From an uncultured Desulfurellales bacterium (GTDB taxonomy: Bacteria > Campylobacterota_A > Desulfurellia > Desulfurellales > CAZERD01), in NCBI GenBank assembly GCA_964515405.1, contig CAZERD010000004.1:1-54707 (forward strand): a stretch of 54,707 nt of DNA. Direction: 5' to 3'. Numbering within the stretch: the stretch's first letter is position 1; each line of letters begins with the position of its first letter. This document shows positions 9,525-18,245 of the stretch, one piece after another. A program made the translations under genes and the position numbers. A model generated the notes under the pieces. That model searched no databases. It had not been told where the DNA came from and saw nothing but the letters and a program-made list of their open reading frames with translations.

Positions 9525-10188
9525 CTGCTTCTCCCGCTTTCATTAGAGTTCTCTCCTGGGCCTTCTTCAGCCTCCATTCTTTGATAGCACGGTGATTTCC
9601 ACTCAAAAGCACCTCGGGAACCTTGAGACCCATAAACTCTCTGGGTCTTGTGTACTGAGGATATTCAAGAAGACCATCGTTGAAACTTTCCTCTCTCAAT
9701 GATTCCCTATTCCCCAGCACCTCTGGAATAAGCCTAACAACCGCATCAACAATGACCATAGCTGCAATTTCTCCACCGCTCAACACAAATTTGCCTATTG
9801 ACAGTTCATCATCAACGAAATGCTTAACTCTCTCGTCAAAACCCTCGTATCTACCGCACACGAGGGCTATAGCTCCTTTGCCCGAAAGCTCTTCTGCTAC
9901 CCTCTGGGTAAACAATCTACCTTGAGGACTCAACAAAACTCGGTAAACGTGAGGGTCTCTTCTCTTTATATACTCAAGGCTCCTATAAATAGGCTCCACT
10001 TTCATCAACATACCAGCACCACCACCATACGGGTAGTCATCGGTTGTCCTATGCTTGTCCGTTGTAAAATCTCTGAGATTAACAGTCTCTATGTTCACTA
10101 ACCCCCTTTCCTGAGCCCTCTTGATGATGGACACTCCCCACACCGAGTCAAACATCTCCGGGAATATGGTCACCACATAAATGTTCAT
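9517..10188 (-). CDS. trmD: tRNA (guanine-N1)-methyltransferase
   Basis: [33 protein letters not shown]. Confidence 0.97.
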   Translation of the reverse strand: MNIYVVTIFPEMFDSVWGVSIIKRAQERGLVNIETVNLRDFTTDKHRTTDDYPYGGGAGMLMKVEPIYRSLEYIKRRDPHVYRVLLSPQGRLFTQRVAEELSGKGAIALVCGRYEGFDERVKHFVDDELSIGKFVLSGGEIAAMVIVDAVVRLIPEVLGNRESLREESFNDGLLEYPQYTRPREFMGLKVPEVLLSGNHRAIKEWRLKKAQERTLMKAGEADG

Positions 10189-10192
10189 TCCC

Positions 10193-10423
10193 TTAGAGTA
10201 TCTCTAAGACAGCCTTTTTTCCTCTCTTCATAGCAGAGGCATTCAAAATCGTTCTTATAGCTCTCGCTATGTTACCCTGTTTACCTATAACCTTACCTCT
10301 GTTGTTCTCATCAACCATAACTTCTATAATAACGGTTTTTTCACCCTCTACTTCTCTAATAGAAACCTCACTATTCTCATCAACTAAAGCCCTTACAATG
10401 CATTCCACCAGTTCTTTCATCAC
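10193..10423 (-). CDS. khpA: KH-domain RNA-binding protein
   Basis: [10 protein letters not shown] motif; conserved position after rpsP. Confidence 0.92.
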   Translation of the reverse strand: MMKELVECIVRALVDENSEVSIREVEGEKTVIIEVMVDENNRGKVIGKQGNIARAIRTILNASAMKRGKKAVLEIL

Positions 10424-10653
10424 CCCACCCTTTTAATGAGATTTTTTACCGTTTCTGACACAGTTGAACCTTTCTTAACCCACTCCTCAAACTTTTCTCT
10501 GTCCAACTTAATCTTATCCGTCTCTTTAAAAGGGTCATAATACCCAATTTCATCAATAACCCTTCCATCCCTTTTGCTTCTCACATTCGTAACAACAATC
10601 CTATAAAAGGGCCTGTGCTTTTTCCCAAGGCGCTTCAAACGAATGGTAATCAC
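10420..10653 (-). CDS. rpsP: 30S ribosomal protein S16
   Basis: IRLKRLGKKHRPFYRIVV, RDGR, GYYDP. Confidence 0.97.
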   Translation of the reverse strand: MITIRLKRLGKKHRPFYRIVVTNVRSKRDGRVIDEIGYYDPFKETDKIKLDREKFEEWVKKGSTVSETVKNLIKRVG

Positions 10654-10667
10654 TACCTTATCCTCCT

Positions 10668-11993
10668 TTAACTGTTAATCCCTAGTTTTTTCATAAGTTC
10701 TAAAGCCTTTGTTTTATTTATACCCTTCATCATTTTCTGAATCTCCGAAAACTGCTTGAGCAACTTATTCACGTCCTGCACCCGCGTGCCCGAACCCTTT
10801 GCTATCCTTCTTTTCCTGCTGGCATTGATAATCTTGTAGTTCCTACGCTCCTCCTTAGTCATAGAGAGGATCATAGCCTCTATGCGCTTCATCTGTATAT
10901 CAAACTCCTCAAAATTGTCAATCTTGATCTTGTTAAGCCCTGGAATCATCTTTATAATACTGCTAAGCGATCCCATTTTCTTAATCTTTCTTATCTGCTC
11001 CAAATAATCTTCAAGACTAAACTCTTGCTTCTTCAACTTTCTGGCAAGCTGCCTTGCTTCTTCATCATCATGTTGTTCTCTCACCTTCTCTATGAGAGTA
11101 AGCACATCCCCCATACCCAGAATCCTGGAGGCTACACGGTCCGGATAGAACGGCTCCAGGTCGTTCAGTTTCTCTCCTACCCCAGCAAACTTTATAGGTT
11201 TACCAATTATCCTCATAACGGAGAGCGCAGCACCACCCCTAGCATCTGAATCCATCTTGGTAAAGAGAAAACCTGTCAATCCCACTTCCCTCTCAAACAC
11301 CTCAGCTACATTAACAGCTTCCTGACCTATCATAACATCAGCAACAAACAGAACCTCGTTAGGGCTTACTACTTTCTTCATTCTCCTCAGTTCCTGCATA
11401 AGTTCGTCATCCACATGCAACCTGCCTGCCGTATCCATTATGATTATGTCTCTCCCTGTTTTCTTTGCATGCTCTACAGAGTCCTCTGCTATTTTAACAG
11501 GATCCTTCTTATCCTCGCTGAACACAGGAATACCCACCTGTCTGCCCAGCACCTCAAGCTGCCTTACAGCCGCTGGTCTATATATATCACAGGCAACAAG
11601 CAGCGGTTGTCTTCCTTTCTTTCTAAAAAATAGGGCAAGTTTCGCAGCGGACGTCGTCTTGCCAGACCCTTGAAGTCCTACAAGCATAATAATAAATGGT
11701 GTTGATGTGATTGAAAGTGTAGTCGCTTCTCCTCCCAGCAGTTCAACTATCTTCCTGTGGACAGAATCCACAATGAGTTGCCCCGGGGTAAGGCTCTTCT
11801 CTAGATCCTTGCCCTTTAAATCCTCTTCAACCTCTTTTATAAAGCCTTTAACAACCTTGAAATTAACATCCGCTTCTAAAAGAGCAAACTTTATTTCCTT
11901 AAGGGCCTGTTTGAGATCCTGCTCTGTTATAACCCCTCTTCCCTTTATCTTCTTGAAGACAGAGTTGAGCTTCTCACTCAAATCGTTAAACAT
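10668..11993 (-). CDS. ffh: Signal recognition particle protein
   Basis: GLQGSGKTT, DTAGR, TKMD, ILGMGD and M domain. Confidence 0.98.
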   Translation of the reverse strand: MFNDLSEKLNSVFKKIKGRGVITEQDLKQALKEIKFALLEADVNFKVVKGFIKEVEEDLKGKDLEKSLTPGQLIVDSVHRKIVELLGGEATTLSITSTPFIIMLVGLQGSGKTTSAAKLALFFRKKGRQPLLVACDIYRPAAVRQLEVLGRQVGIPVFSEDKKDPVKIAEDSVEHAKKTGRDIIIMDTAGRLHVDDELMQELRRMKKVVSPNEVLFVADVMIGQEAVNVAEVFEREVGLTGFLFTKMDSDARGGAALSVMRIIGKPIKFAGVGEKLNDLEPFYPDRVASRILGMGDVLTLIEKVREQHDDEEARQLARKLKKQEFSLEDYLEQIRKIKKMGSLSSIIKMIPGLNKIKIDNFEEFDIQMKRIEAMILSMTKEERRNYKIINASRKRRIAKGSGTRVQDVNKLLKQFSEIQKMMKGINKTKALELMKKLGINS

Positions 11994-12054
11994 TCTATCC
12001 TCCTATTGGGAGTTAATATGCTATTGGAAAAAGATTGTCAACATTTTAACTGCC

Positions 12055-12083
12055 TTGAAAATTTTGAACATATGACTAAAATT
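12055..12083 (+). promoter_or_regulatory. Promoter with overlapping palindrome upstream of the DUF134 gene
   Basis: TTGAAA-N16-TAAAAT (12055-12082) overlapped by imperfect palindrome AATTTTgaaCATATGactAAAATT (12060-12083). Confidence 0.55.
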
Positions 12084-12091
12084 AAAATGAT

Positions 12092-12415
12092 ATGAGACAT
12101 AGACGGGGGAGAAGAAAAAAGGAGAGAATCATCAATATAAATGCCAGAGTCAGGTGCTTCAAGCCCTGCAACACACCATTGAGAATGTTGAACTACACTG
12201 TAATAAACGAGGACGAACTCGAAGCACTAAGGTTGGCTGACTACTCTGGCATGTACCAGGAGGAAGCAGCAGACAGGATGAATATCTCCCGAACCACGTT
12301 CGCAAGAATACTAAAAAGGGCCAGAGAAAAAGTAGTAAAAGCGCTTATAAACGGCGAAGCAATACTTATAGGAGGAACTAAACATGATAATAGCTATTCC
12401 GACGAACAATGGTAA
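12092..12415 (+). CDS. DUF134 family HTH DNA-binding protein
   Basis: FKP, ELEALRLADYSGMYQEEAADRMNISRTTFARIL. Confidence 0.9.
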   Translation: MRHRRGRRKKERIININARVRCFKPCNTPLRMLNYTVINEDELEALRLADYSGMYQEEAADRMNISRTTFARILKRAREKVVKALINGEAILIGGTKHDNSYSDEQW

Positions 12416-12731
12416 AACAGTTTCAAAACACGTTTCATTGAGCAAGTACATAACTAAAATAGAGGTTCAAAACGGAGAGATAATCGACAGGATACTAGTA
12501 GAAAACCCTATACCAGGCATGATCAAGAAGTCTGAAGGCAGCACTGAAGGGGCAAGGGGGTTAGGTGCAGGAAGGATAATTCCAGAAATAGTCGGAAACG
12601 CAGACGTATTTGTGGCAAGGGAAATAGGTGAAGGAATGAAGAGAAACCTTACCTACGCTGGTATAAAGGTAGTAACCACCGATAAAAGCTCTATAGAAGA
12701 AATAATAAATGAATTTAAGGGAGGTGCATAA
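12384..12731 (+). CDS. NifB/NifX-family (FeMo-cofactor-binding-like) protein
   Basis: MIIAIPT...VSKH, VENP, IGEGM pattern; typical partner of DUF134. Confidence 0.8.
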   Translation: MIIAIPTNNGKTVSKHVSLSKYITKIEVQNGEIIDRILVENPIPGMIKKSEGSTEGARGLGAGRIIPEIVGNADVFVAREIGEGMKRNLTYAGIKVVTTDKSSIEEIINEFKGGA

Positions 12732-12976
12732 TGGCTATGAGGAGATTCAAATGCGCAGAATGTGGACATGAGTTTGAGGAACCATTCGGCACGGGTAGAC
12801 CTACATGTCCAAAGTGCAACAGTCCGAACGTATACAGGATTGACGACTACATGCCAAGGTACGGTTCGCCGGATACAGCCCCTGGATTCGGTAGAGGATT
12901 CGGACGGGGTATGGGCAGAAGATTTGGAAGAGGCAGAGGATTCGGACGGGGTATGGGCAGAAGAGAATGGTGGTAG
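12731..12976 (+). CDS. Zinc-ribbon protein with Gly/Arg-rich tail
   Basis: CAECGHEFE...CPKC plus (GRGFGRGMGRR)-type tail; GGAGG RBS. Confidence 0.8.
   Translation: MAMRRFKCAECGHEFEEPFGTGRPTCPKCNSPNVYRIDDYMPRYGSPDTAPGFGRGFGRGMGRRFGRGRGFGRGMGRREWW
12893..12964 (+). repeat. Two perfect 30-bp direct repeats (period 42) within the Gly/Arg tail
   Basis: agaggattcggacggggtatgggcagaaga at 12893-12922 and 12935-12964. Confidence 0.95.
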
Positions 12977-12978
12977 TA

Positions 12979-13016
12979 ACAGCCCCTTAGGGGGCTGTCT
13001 CCTGCTCCCTTTTTTT
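12979..13016 (+). terminator. Putative intrinsic terminator
   Basis: ACAGCCCC-ttag-GGGGCTGT hairpin, with a T run shortly after. Confidence 0.65.
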
Positions 13017-13030
13017 CCAAATATAAAACA

Positions 13031-13059
13031 TTGACATTGGTTATATTTTTTTATAGACT
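13031..13059 (+). promoter_or_regulatory. sigma70 promoter of the metal ABC operon
   Basis: TTGACA-N17-TAGACT. Confidence 0.7.
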
Positions 13060-13100
13060 ACGCTCGTGAGTTACGCTGTAGAAATGGTGGATTTGGTGTT

Positions 13101-13124
13101 CGTTATATACAAGCTTATAAAAAT
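13101..13124 (+). promoter_or_regulatory. ModE-like operator
   Basis: CGTTATATA-caagct-TATAAAAAT versus ModE consensus CGnTATATA-N6-TATATAnCG; left arm perfect, right arm partial. Confidence 0.5.
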
Positions 13125-13141
13125 TACGGGAAGGTGACATC

Positions 13142-14209
13142 ATGAGAAGAGTAAGTATTTTGCTTGCTATCTGCCTATGCCTGGTTTTAGCATGGAACCC
13201 CACTAAGGTGATAGCTGGAACAATAACAGTAAACGACCTGGGACATACGGTCAAGATTCACAGTCCAGCAAAGAGATATGTGGTCCTGTTCCCCCAAGCT
13301 CTACCGTTTTTTTACATGCTACATGCTCAAAAAGGCCTTGTTGGATACCCTGGGTTCGGAGTGAAAAAAACACCTTATTTCTCCGGAAACTTGATTCTTT
13401 TAGTTGATCCCAACTTCAAAAAGAGAGTTGAAGATGTCGGATACCCAAAAGGGGCGAACATAGAAGCAATCGTTGGTTTAAAACCGGATTTCGTGGTGGA
13501 CGTGGTATTTGCCAAAGCGCTGGATGAAAAAATAGAAAAATTCGGTATCCCAGTAATAGGTGTAACGTTTGGATTCGGCAACATCAAGAACTTCATAGCC
13601 AGTGTAAAAGCCATAGCCACAGCCACAGGACACGTAAAAGAGGGGCAGAAATACATAGACTACTACAAAGGCATAATAGAACTCTTGCAAAGCAAGCTGA
13701 AGAATGCACCCACAAGACCGAAGGTTCTTTATCTAAGCTATGAAGGACCTAAAAGCAATAAGCTCACATCGGGTGGTAAATTCGATACGCTCATTCACCA
13801 GATAATAAGCACAGCAGGAGGAATAGACGTAGCCAGAAACGTGCCCGGTTTCTTCGGCGAGATATCCGACGAAGACATACTCAAATGGAATCCCGATTAC
13901 ATAATCGTTGGACCGGGGGGTAACCCGCAGGATATATACAACAACCCTAAACTAAGATATATAAATGCAGTCATTCACAAGAGGGTATACAAAGTACCAA
14001 GCGATGGAAATGCCAGATATTCAAACTGGTACACGCCGGAAAAATCGTCCCTCGGCATGCTGTGGACAGCAAAGTTACTGCATCCTAAGCTGTTCAAAAA
14101 TATTAGTATGAGAAAGGAGGCAGCCTATTACTATAGAGAGTTCTGGAACATCAACATGAAAAGCATCTCAATCAAGGGCAGCTTCCCATGGCGAAAATCA
14201 TCCCGGTAG
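13142..14209 (+). CDS. Type II (BtuF/FecB-like) ABC substrate-binding protein
   Basis: Signal peptide, ND-LGHTV, NIEAIVGLKPD, EDILKWNPD, AVIHKRVY. Confidence 0.9.
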   Translation: MRRVSILLAICLCLVLAWNPTKVIAGTITVNDLGHTVKIHSPAKRYVVLFPQALPFFYMLHAQKGLVGYPGFGVKKTPYFSGNLILLVDPNFKKRVEDVGYPKGANIEAIVGLKPDFVVDVVFAKALDEKIEKFGIPVIGVTFGFGNIKNFIASVKAIATATGHVKEGQKYIDYYKGIIELLQSKLKNAPTRPKVLYLSYEGPKSNKLTSGGKFDTLIHQIISTAGGIDVARNVPGFFGEISDEDILKWNPDYIIVGPGGNPQDIYNNPKLRYINAVIHKRVYKVPSDGNARYSNWYTPEKSSLGMLWTAKLLHPKLFKNISMRKEAAYYYREFWNINMKSISIKGSFPWRKSSR

Positions 14210-15156
14210 CCCTACTCGCATGCGTCGTATTCGCCTCCTTGTGTATCGGAACATATCATATTACACCTCCTCAAGTCGTAGGTGTCATCCTGGGACACCG
14301 GGGTGGCATCTACCGTACTATTATATATCAGATAAGGCTACCGCGGATCGTGTTTGACATACTGGTGGGCGGCGGTCTCAGTGTTGCAGGTATATCCTAT
14401 CAGGGGATCTTTAAAAATCCTTTAGTATCTCCAGACATACTCGGTGTAGCCTCAGGAGCAGCATTTGGAGCAGCTCTCGCCATACTACTCAACCAAAACC
14501 TGTATGTTACAGAAACACTAGCATTCCTGTTTGGAACGCTTTCAGTTTTCCTATCCTTCATGTTAGCAAAAAGAGGCAACGAGTTGCCCGTGCTTGGACT
14601 TGTAATATCCGGCATAGTAGTCGGAGCATTTTTTTCCTCACTGCTTGGTATGGCTAAATACTTTGCCGACACACAAAATCAACTACCAGAAATTGTTTTT
14701 TGGATCATGGGCAGTTTCTCCGGTGTAGGCTGGAATATATGGCCTGCTATGCTTGTAATTGCTATATCAACCTTCATGCTTTACCTGATGAGATGGCAAA
14801 TAAACATGGCCTCTCTAAACGACGATGAAGCAAAGTCATTAGGGGTAAACGTCAATATGATCCGTAAAATAACCATAGTTCTCTCAACCATCATAACAGC
14901 ATCAAGCGTCAGTATAGTAGGCATTATAGGATGGGTGGGTCTAGTAATACCTCACATATCACGTCTGCTCGTTGGAAGTGACAATACCAAAGCTCTCCCC
15001 CTGAGCATGATAACGGGAGGTATATTTCTAGTCCTTGTTGATGACATAGCAAGGAGTGCAACATCTGGAGAGATACCCATAGGGATACTAACTTCATTCA
15101 TAGGAGCCCCATTCTTTGCATACCTATACAGGAAACAAAGGAGGGGATATGAATAG
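14188..15156 (+). CDS. FecCD/BtuC-family ABC permease
   Basis: IRLPR, FKNPLVSPDILGVASGA, IGWVGLVIPH, EIPIG. Confidence 0.95.
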   Translation: MAKIIPVALLACVVFASLCIGTYHITPPQVVGVILGHRGGIYRTIIYQIRLPRIVFDILVGGGLSVAGISYQGIFKNPLVSPDILGVASGAAFGAALAILLNQNLYVTETLAFLFGTLSVFLSFMLAKRGNELPVLGLVISGIVVGAFFSSLLGMAKYFADTQNQLPEIVFWIMGSFSGVGWNIWPAMLVIAISTFMLYLMRWQINMASLNDDEAKSLGVNVNMIRKITIVLSTIITASSVSIVGIIGWVGLVIPHISRLLVGSDNTKALPLSMITGGIFLVLVDDIARSATSGEIPIGILTSFIGAPFFAYLYRKQRRGYE

Positions 15157-15931
15157 TAATGCCTTAATGGTGAATGACCTGTACTTTAGTTATGGAACAG
15201 AGACCATTCTGAAAGAAATAGCGTTTTCATTAAGGAAAGGTGAGATATGCGCCATACTCGGTCCCAACGGTGCAGGTAAATCCACACTACTAAAGTGTAT
15301 AGATAACATCGTGAGGCCCCAGCGTGGAAGCATAATCATCGACAATGAACCCATACACCTGCTGAATAGTAAAGAATTAGCCAAAAAACTATCCTTCCTG
15401 CCCCAGGAACACAATGTCTCATTCCCCTACACAGTATTTGACGTTGTGCTCATGGGCAGGAGCCCCTATATAGGCATGTTCTCTTCACCGTCTGAAAGAG
15501 ACAAAAAAACAGCCATGGAATCCATTCGCTTCGTAGGAATAGAAAACATAGCGGACAAACCATATATAAGCTTAAGTGGAGGACAAAGAAAACTTGTGTT
15601 GATAGCCAGGGCATTAACGCAAGATGCAGAGGTCCTCATATTTGATGAACCCACAAACCATCTTGACTTCAAGAACCAATTCACGATTCTAATAAAAATA
15701 AAGGAAATTATAACAAGAAAATCCCTATCTGCCGTGATGAGCTTGCATGACCCCAATCTGGCCTTGAGATTCGCAGAAAGTGTCGTTATGATAAAAAACG
15801 GAAGGATAATAGCCCATGGGAAAAAGGAAAACGTTATCACCGAGGAGAACCTGAAAATGCTTTATGAACTTGACATGAAGGTCATAACAACATATGGAGA
15901 GCCAGTAATAGTCCCGACACTATACACTTGA
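15149..15931 (+). CDS. ABC transporter ATP-binding protein (FecE/BtuD-like)
   Basis: GPNGAGKST, LSGGQ, DEPTNHLD; ATG 15149 follows GGAGG. Confidence 0.95.
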   Translation: MNSNALMVNDLYFSYGTETILKEIAFSLRKGEICAILGPNGAGKSTLLKCIDNIVRPQRGSIIIDNEPIHLLNSKELAKKLSFLPQEHNVSFPYTVFDVVLMGRSPYIGMFSSPSERDKKTAMESIRFVGIENIADKPYISLSGGQRKLVLIARALTQDAEVLIFDEPTNHLDFKNQFTILIKIKEIITRKSLSAVMSLHDPNLALRFAESVVMIKNGRIIAHGKKENVITEENLKMLYELDMKVITTYGEPVIVPTLYT

Positions 15932-15945
15932 GGAGGTTCCGATAC

Positions 15946-16701
15946 ATGCTCATTGAAGAACTACGGAAAAAGTTCACAGAAATAGTGAAAAGGGGAAACT
16001 TATTAGATAAACCCGTGGAAGTAAAAATGCGTCCCCTAAAACCACACGAAGCCTTAGGGTATCCCAGCCGCGATGATTATCCTCTACTCTTAGGTAAAGA
16101 GGTGCTCGTTGAAGCTACATTCATGGGAGCAAAGGGACAAGCCTACACGGATGAACCGTATGACTTTTTAGGCACACTAAACGAAGTAATCTCCCTCAAA
16201 CTTGAAACCAACAGAGAGAGAGCTTTATTCATTGCCACGTCAAACGCCGTTTTAAGATACCTTGGAATAGCAAGGGGAACCATACACTGCAAAGATACAG
16301 AACCAGAAAAATGCGGAGCAGAAATAGCAGAAAGGCTTATGAAGCGCTACGGACCGGAAGCGACTATAGGGCTTATAGGACTCCAACCAGCCATAGCTGA
16401 AAACCTGATACTCAAATTCGGAGCACCAAACATAAAGATAGTAGATCTAGACAAAAAGAACATCGGGAAGGACTTTCATGGCGTCACCATACAGGACGGC
16501 AGAAAATTCCAAGATTATGCGGTATCACACTCCTTCCTTGCACTTGCCACAGGCTCAAGTATAGTAAATAACTCAATAGATAGAATTATCAGCATCTCCC
16601 GGGAGGATAACCAAAACCGCCTTGTCATATTTTTCGGCGTGACGATAGCTGGTGCCGCAGAGTTGCTAAACCTTAAGAGACTGTGCTTAAGATCCCACTA
16701 A
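15946..16701 (+). CDS. DUF364 / Rossmann-like putative metal-chelation protein
   Basis: GAKGQAYTD, ATSNAVLR, TIHCKD.EP..C, ATGSSIVN; AGGAGG RBS. Confidence 0.75.
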   Translation: MLIEELRKKFTEIVKRGNLLDKPVEVKMRPLKPHEALGYPSRDDYPLLLGKEVLVEATFMGAKGQAYTDEPYDFLGTLNEVISLKLETNRERALFIATSNAVLRYLGIARGTIHCKDTEPEKCGAEIAERLMKRYGPEATIGLIGLQPAIAENLILKFGAPNIKIVDLDKKNIGKDFHGVTIQDGRKFQDYAVSHSFLALATGSSIVNNSIDRIISISREDNQNRLVIFFGVTIAGAAELLNLKRLCLRSH

Positions 16702-16711
16702 TAACCTCAAA

Positions 16712-16740
16712 GAGCCCTCCTTAGCTGTGTAGGAGGGCTC
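16712..16740. terminator. Hairpin between convergent operons
   Basis: Perfect 10-bp stem GAGCCCTCCT-N9-AGGAGGGCTC. Confidence 0.65.
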
Positions 16741-16745
16741 CATCG

Positions 16746-17612
16746 CTACCCAGCTATACCTCGAGGGTATTGAAATACCCCAGCCCATATAATCAAATAT
16801 CTAAGCAAAAAACCTCCAAAGAGAACAAGCAAAGATGCAAAAGCCGCCATAGACATGCTTTCCTTTATTGATGAGTATGATTCTATGATGAGTGGTGCAA
16901 CAAGTCCAAACACAACGAAGCCTATCGTGAATACCGGATTGGCCAAAAGCAGATGGGCACTCTTGACGACAGCGGCATTACCACTTGTGGCAAAGTTAAA
17001 GTAGGCAAAAATGATTAGCAACTCTGTAGAGATGAGAAATATGTCAAAACCTTCAAGAAAATGAAAATAGTGCTTATTTATCTCACTCTTAACACCAGAT
17101 ACTATAAGCATAAGCAGAGCACAACCCGTTGAAACAGCACTGACAGCAAACAAAACAGGCAATGCAGGTGTATGCCAGAATGGGATACCCACAGCAGCAC
17201 CTAGTAGAAGACCCGTGTAGACGGTAACCCCAAAACTGAACAGCATGGCTGCATAGCCCATCCACTTTTTGAAAGCTTCTTTTTCAAAGAAAACACCTAT
17301 TATATAAAGAACGTTAAAGAAATAAGCACCCATAATAATAACCATACCACGAGCAATCCAAGAATGGGCAATTCCCCCTATCCAGAACGCCAGCAGAAAC
17401 CTGAAAATATTCAATAAATCCAGTACAAGAAAAACAAGACCCACACTCAGAATAACCATACCCAACACGGACGTGGCTATTCCAAACCACTTACCCTTGT
17501 TAAATCTCAACTCACCGAGTATGCCAAGGGCAGAGGTTGCTCCTCCGAGACCCCCTAAAAAGAGGTATATGGCTATAAACCAACCCCAAGTGTGTTGCTG
17601 TATTAGATCCAT
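16746..17612 (-). CDS. NrfD/PsrC-family membrane anchor subunit
   Basis: WGWFIAIYLFLGG, SWIARG, YTGLLL, GGFLLRY; about 8 TM helices. Confidence 0.93.
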   Translation of the reverse strand: MDLIQQHTWGWFIAIYLFLGGLGGATSALGILGELRFNKGKWFGIATSVLGMVILSVGLVFLVLDLLNIFRFLLAFWIGGIAHSWIARGMVIIMGAYFFNVLYIIGVFFEKEAFKKWMGYAAMLFSFGVTVYTGLLLGAAVGIPFWHTPALPVLFAVSAVSTGCALLMLIVSGVKSEINKHYFHFLEGFDIFLISTELLIIFAYFNFATSGNAAVVKSAHLLLANPVFTIGFVVFGLVAPLIIESYSSIKESMSMAAFASLLVLFGGFLLRYLIIWAGVFQYPRGIAG

Positions 17613-17624
17613 TACCGTCCTCCT

Positions 17625-18233
17625 TTACTTTATGTAATAAACCTTGGGCTTTGTGCCCAAGAACGGACTCAAAGGCTGAGCCACTCCGGTGTTAACAAGC
17701 TTAGCCACTTCAGAGGTTGGATCATCCAGATCCCCGAATATTCTTGTGTGACCCACACACGTTGCCGCACAAGACGGCTCCTCACCCTCAGCAAGCCTAT
17801 CCACACAGAAGGTACACTTATCCACGTGCACCTGGTGATGTCTCGCATCTTCCCCGAAGAACTTCTCATCCTCCTTCAAATCCTCGGATTCATAGGGGTA
17901 CCTCGCATCATACGGGCAAGCAACAATACAATACTTACACCCAAGACATATATCGTAATCTATCAGCACAATTCCATCCTTGTTTATATAGGTAGCACCC
18001 GTAGGACATACATCCCTACATGGCGGCTCCTCACAGTGCATGCATATAGTGGGGAAAAATGCCCTCTTTACCTCAGGGAATTCTCCATTCACCAGTTCCG
18101 TAACCCTTGTTCTCCACTTTCCTTTGAAATCCTCAGCCCAGAAAGGTGTCTGATTCCACTGGGAACACGCCGCCATGCACGCCCTGCAACCAAGGCATGC
18201 CTTGATATTCATGACCATTCCGTACCTTGCCAT
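17625..18233 (-). CDS. 4Fe-4S electron-transfer subunit (PsrB/NrfC-like)
   Basis: CLGCRAC, CMHCEEPPC, CLGCKYC, KCTFC, FGDLDDP. Confidence 0.95.
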   Translation of the reverse strand: MARYGMVMNIKACLGCRACMAACSQWNQTPFWAEDFKGKWRTRVTELVNGEFPEVKRAFFPTICMHCEEPPCRDVCPTGATYINKDGIVLIDYDICLGCKYCIVACPYDARYPYESEDLKEDEKFFGEDARHHQVHVDKCTFCVDRLAEGEEPSCAATCVGHTRIFGDLDDPTSEVAKLVNTGVAQPLSPFLGTKPKVYYIK

Positions 18234-18245
18234 CTTATCCTCCAG

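Noticed and set aside
12893-12964. 30-bp repeats as a mini-CRISPR
   Set aside because: Only two copies with a 12-nt gap, in frame within a Gly/Arg-rich coding tail.
13060-13141. Cobalamin or Moco riboswitch upstream of the type II ABC operon
   Set aside because: The leader is only about 75 nt and shows no recognisable B12-box or multi-stem structure.
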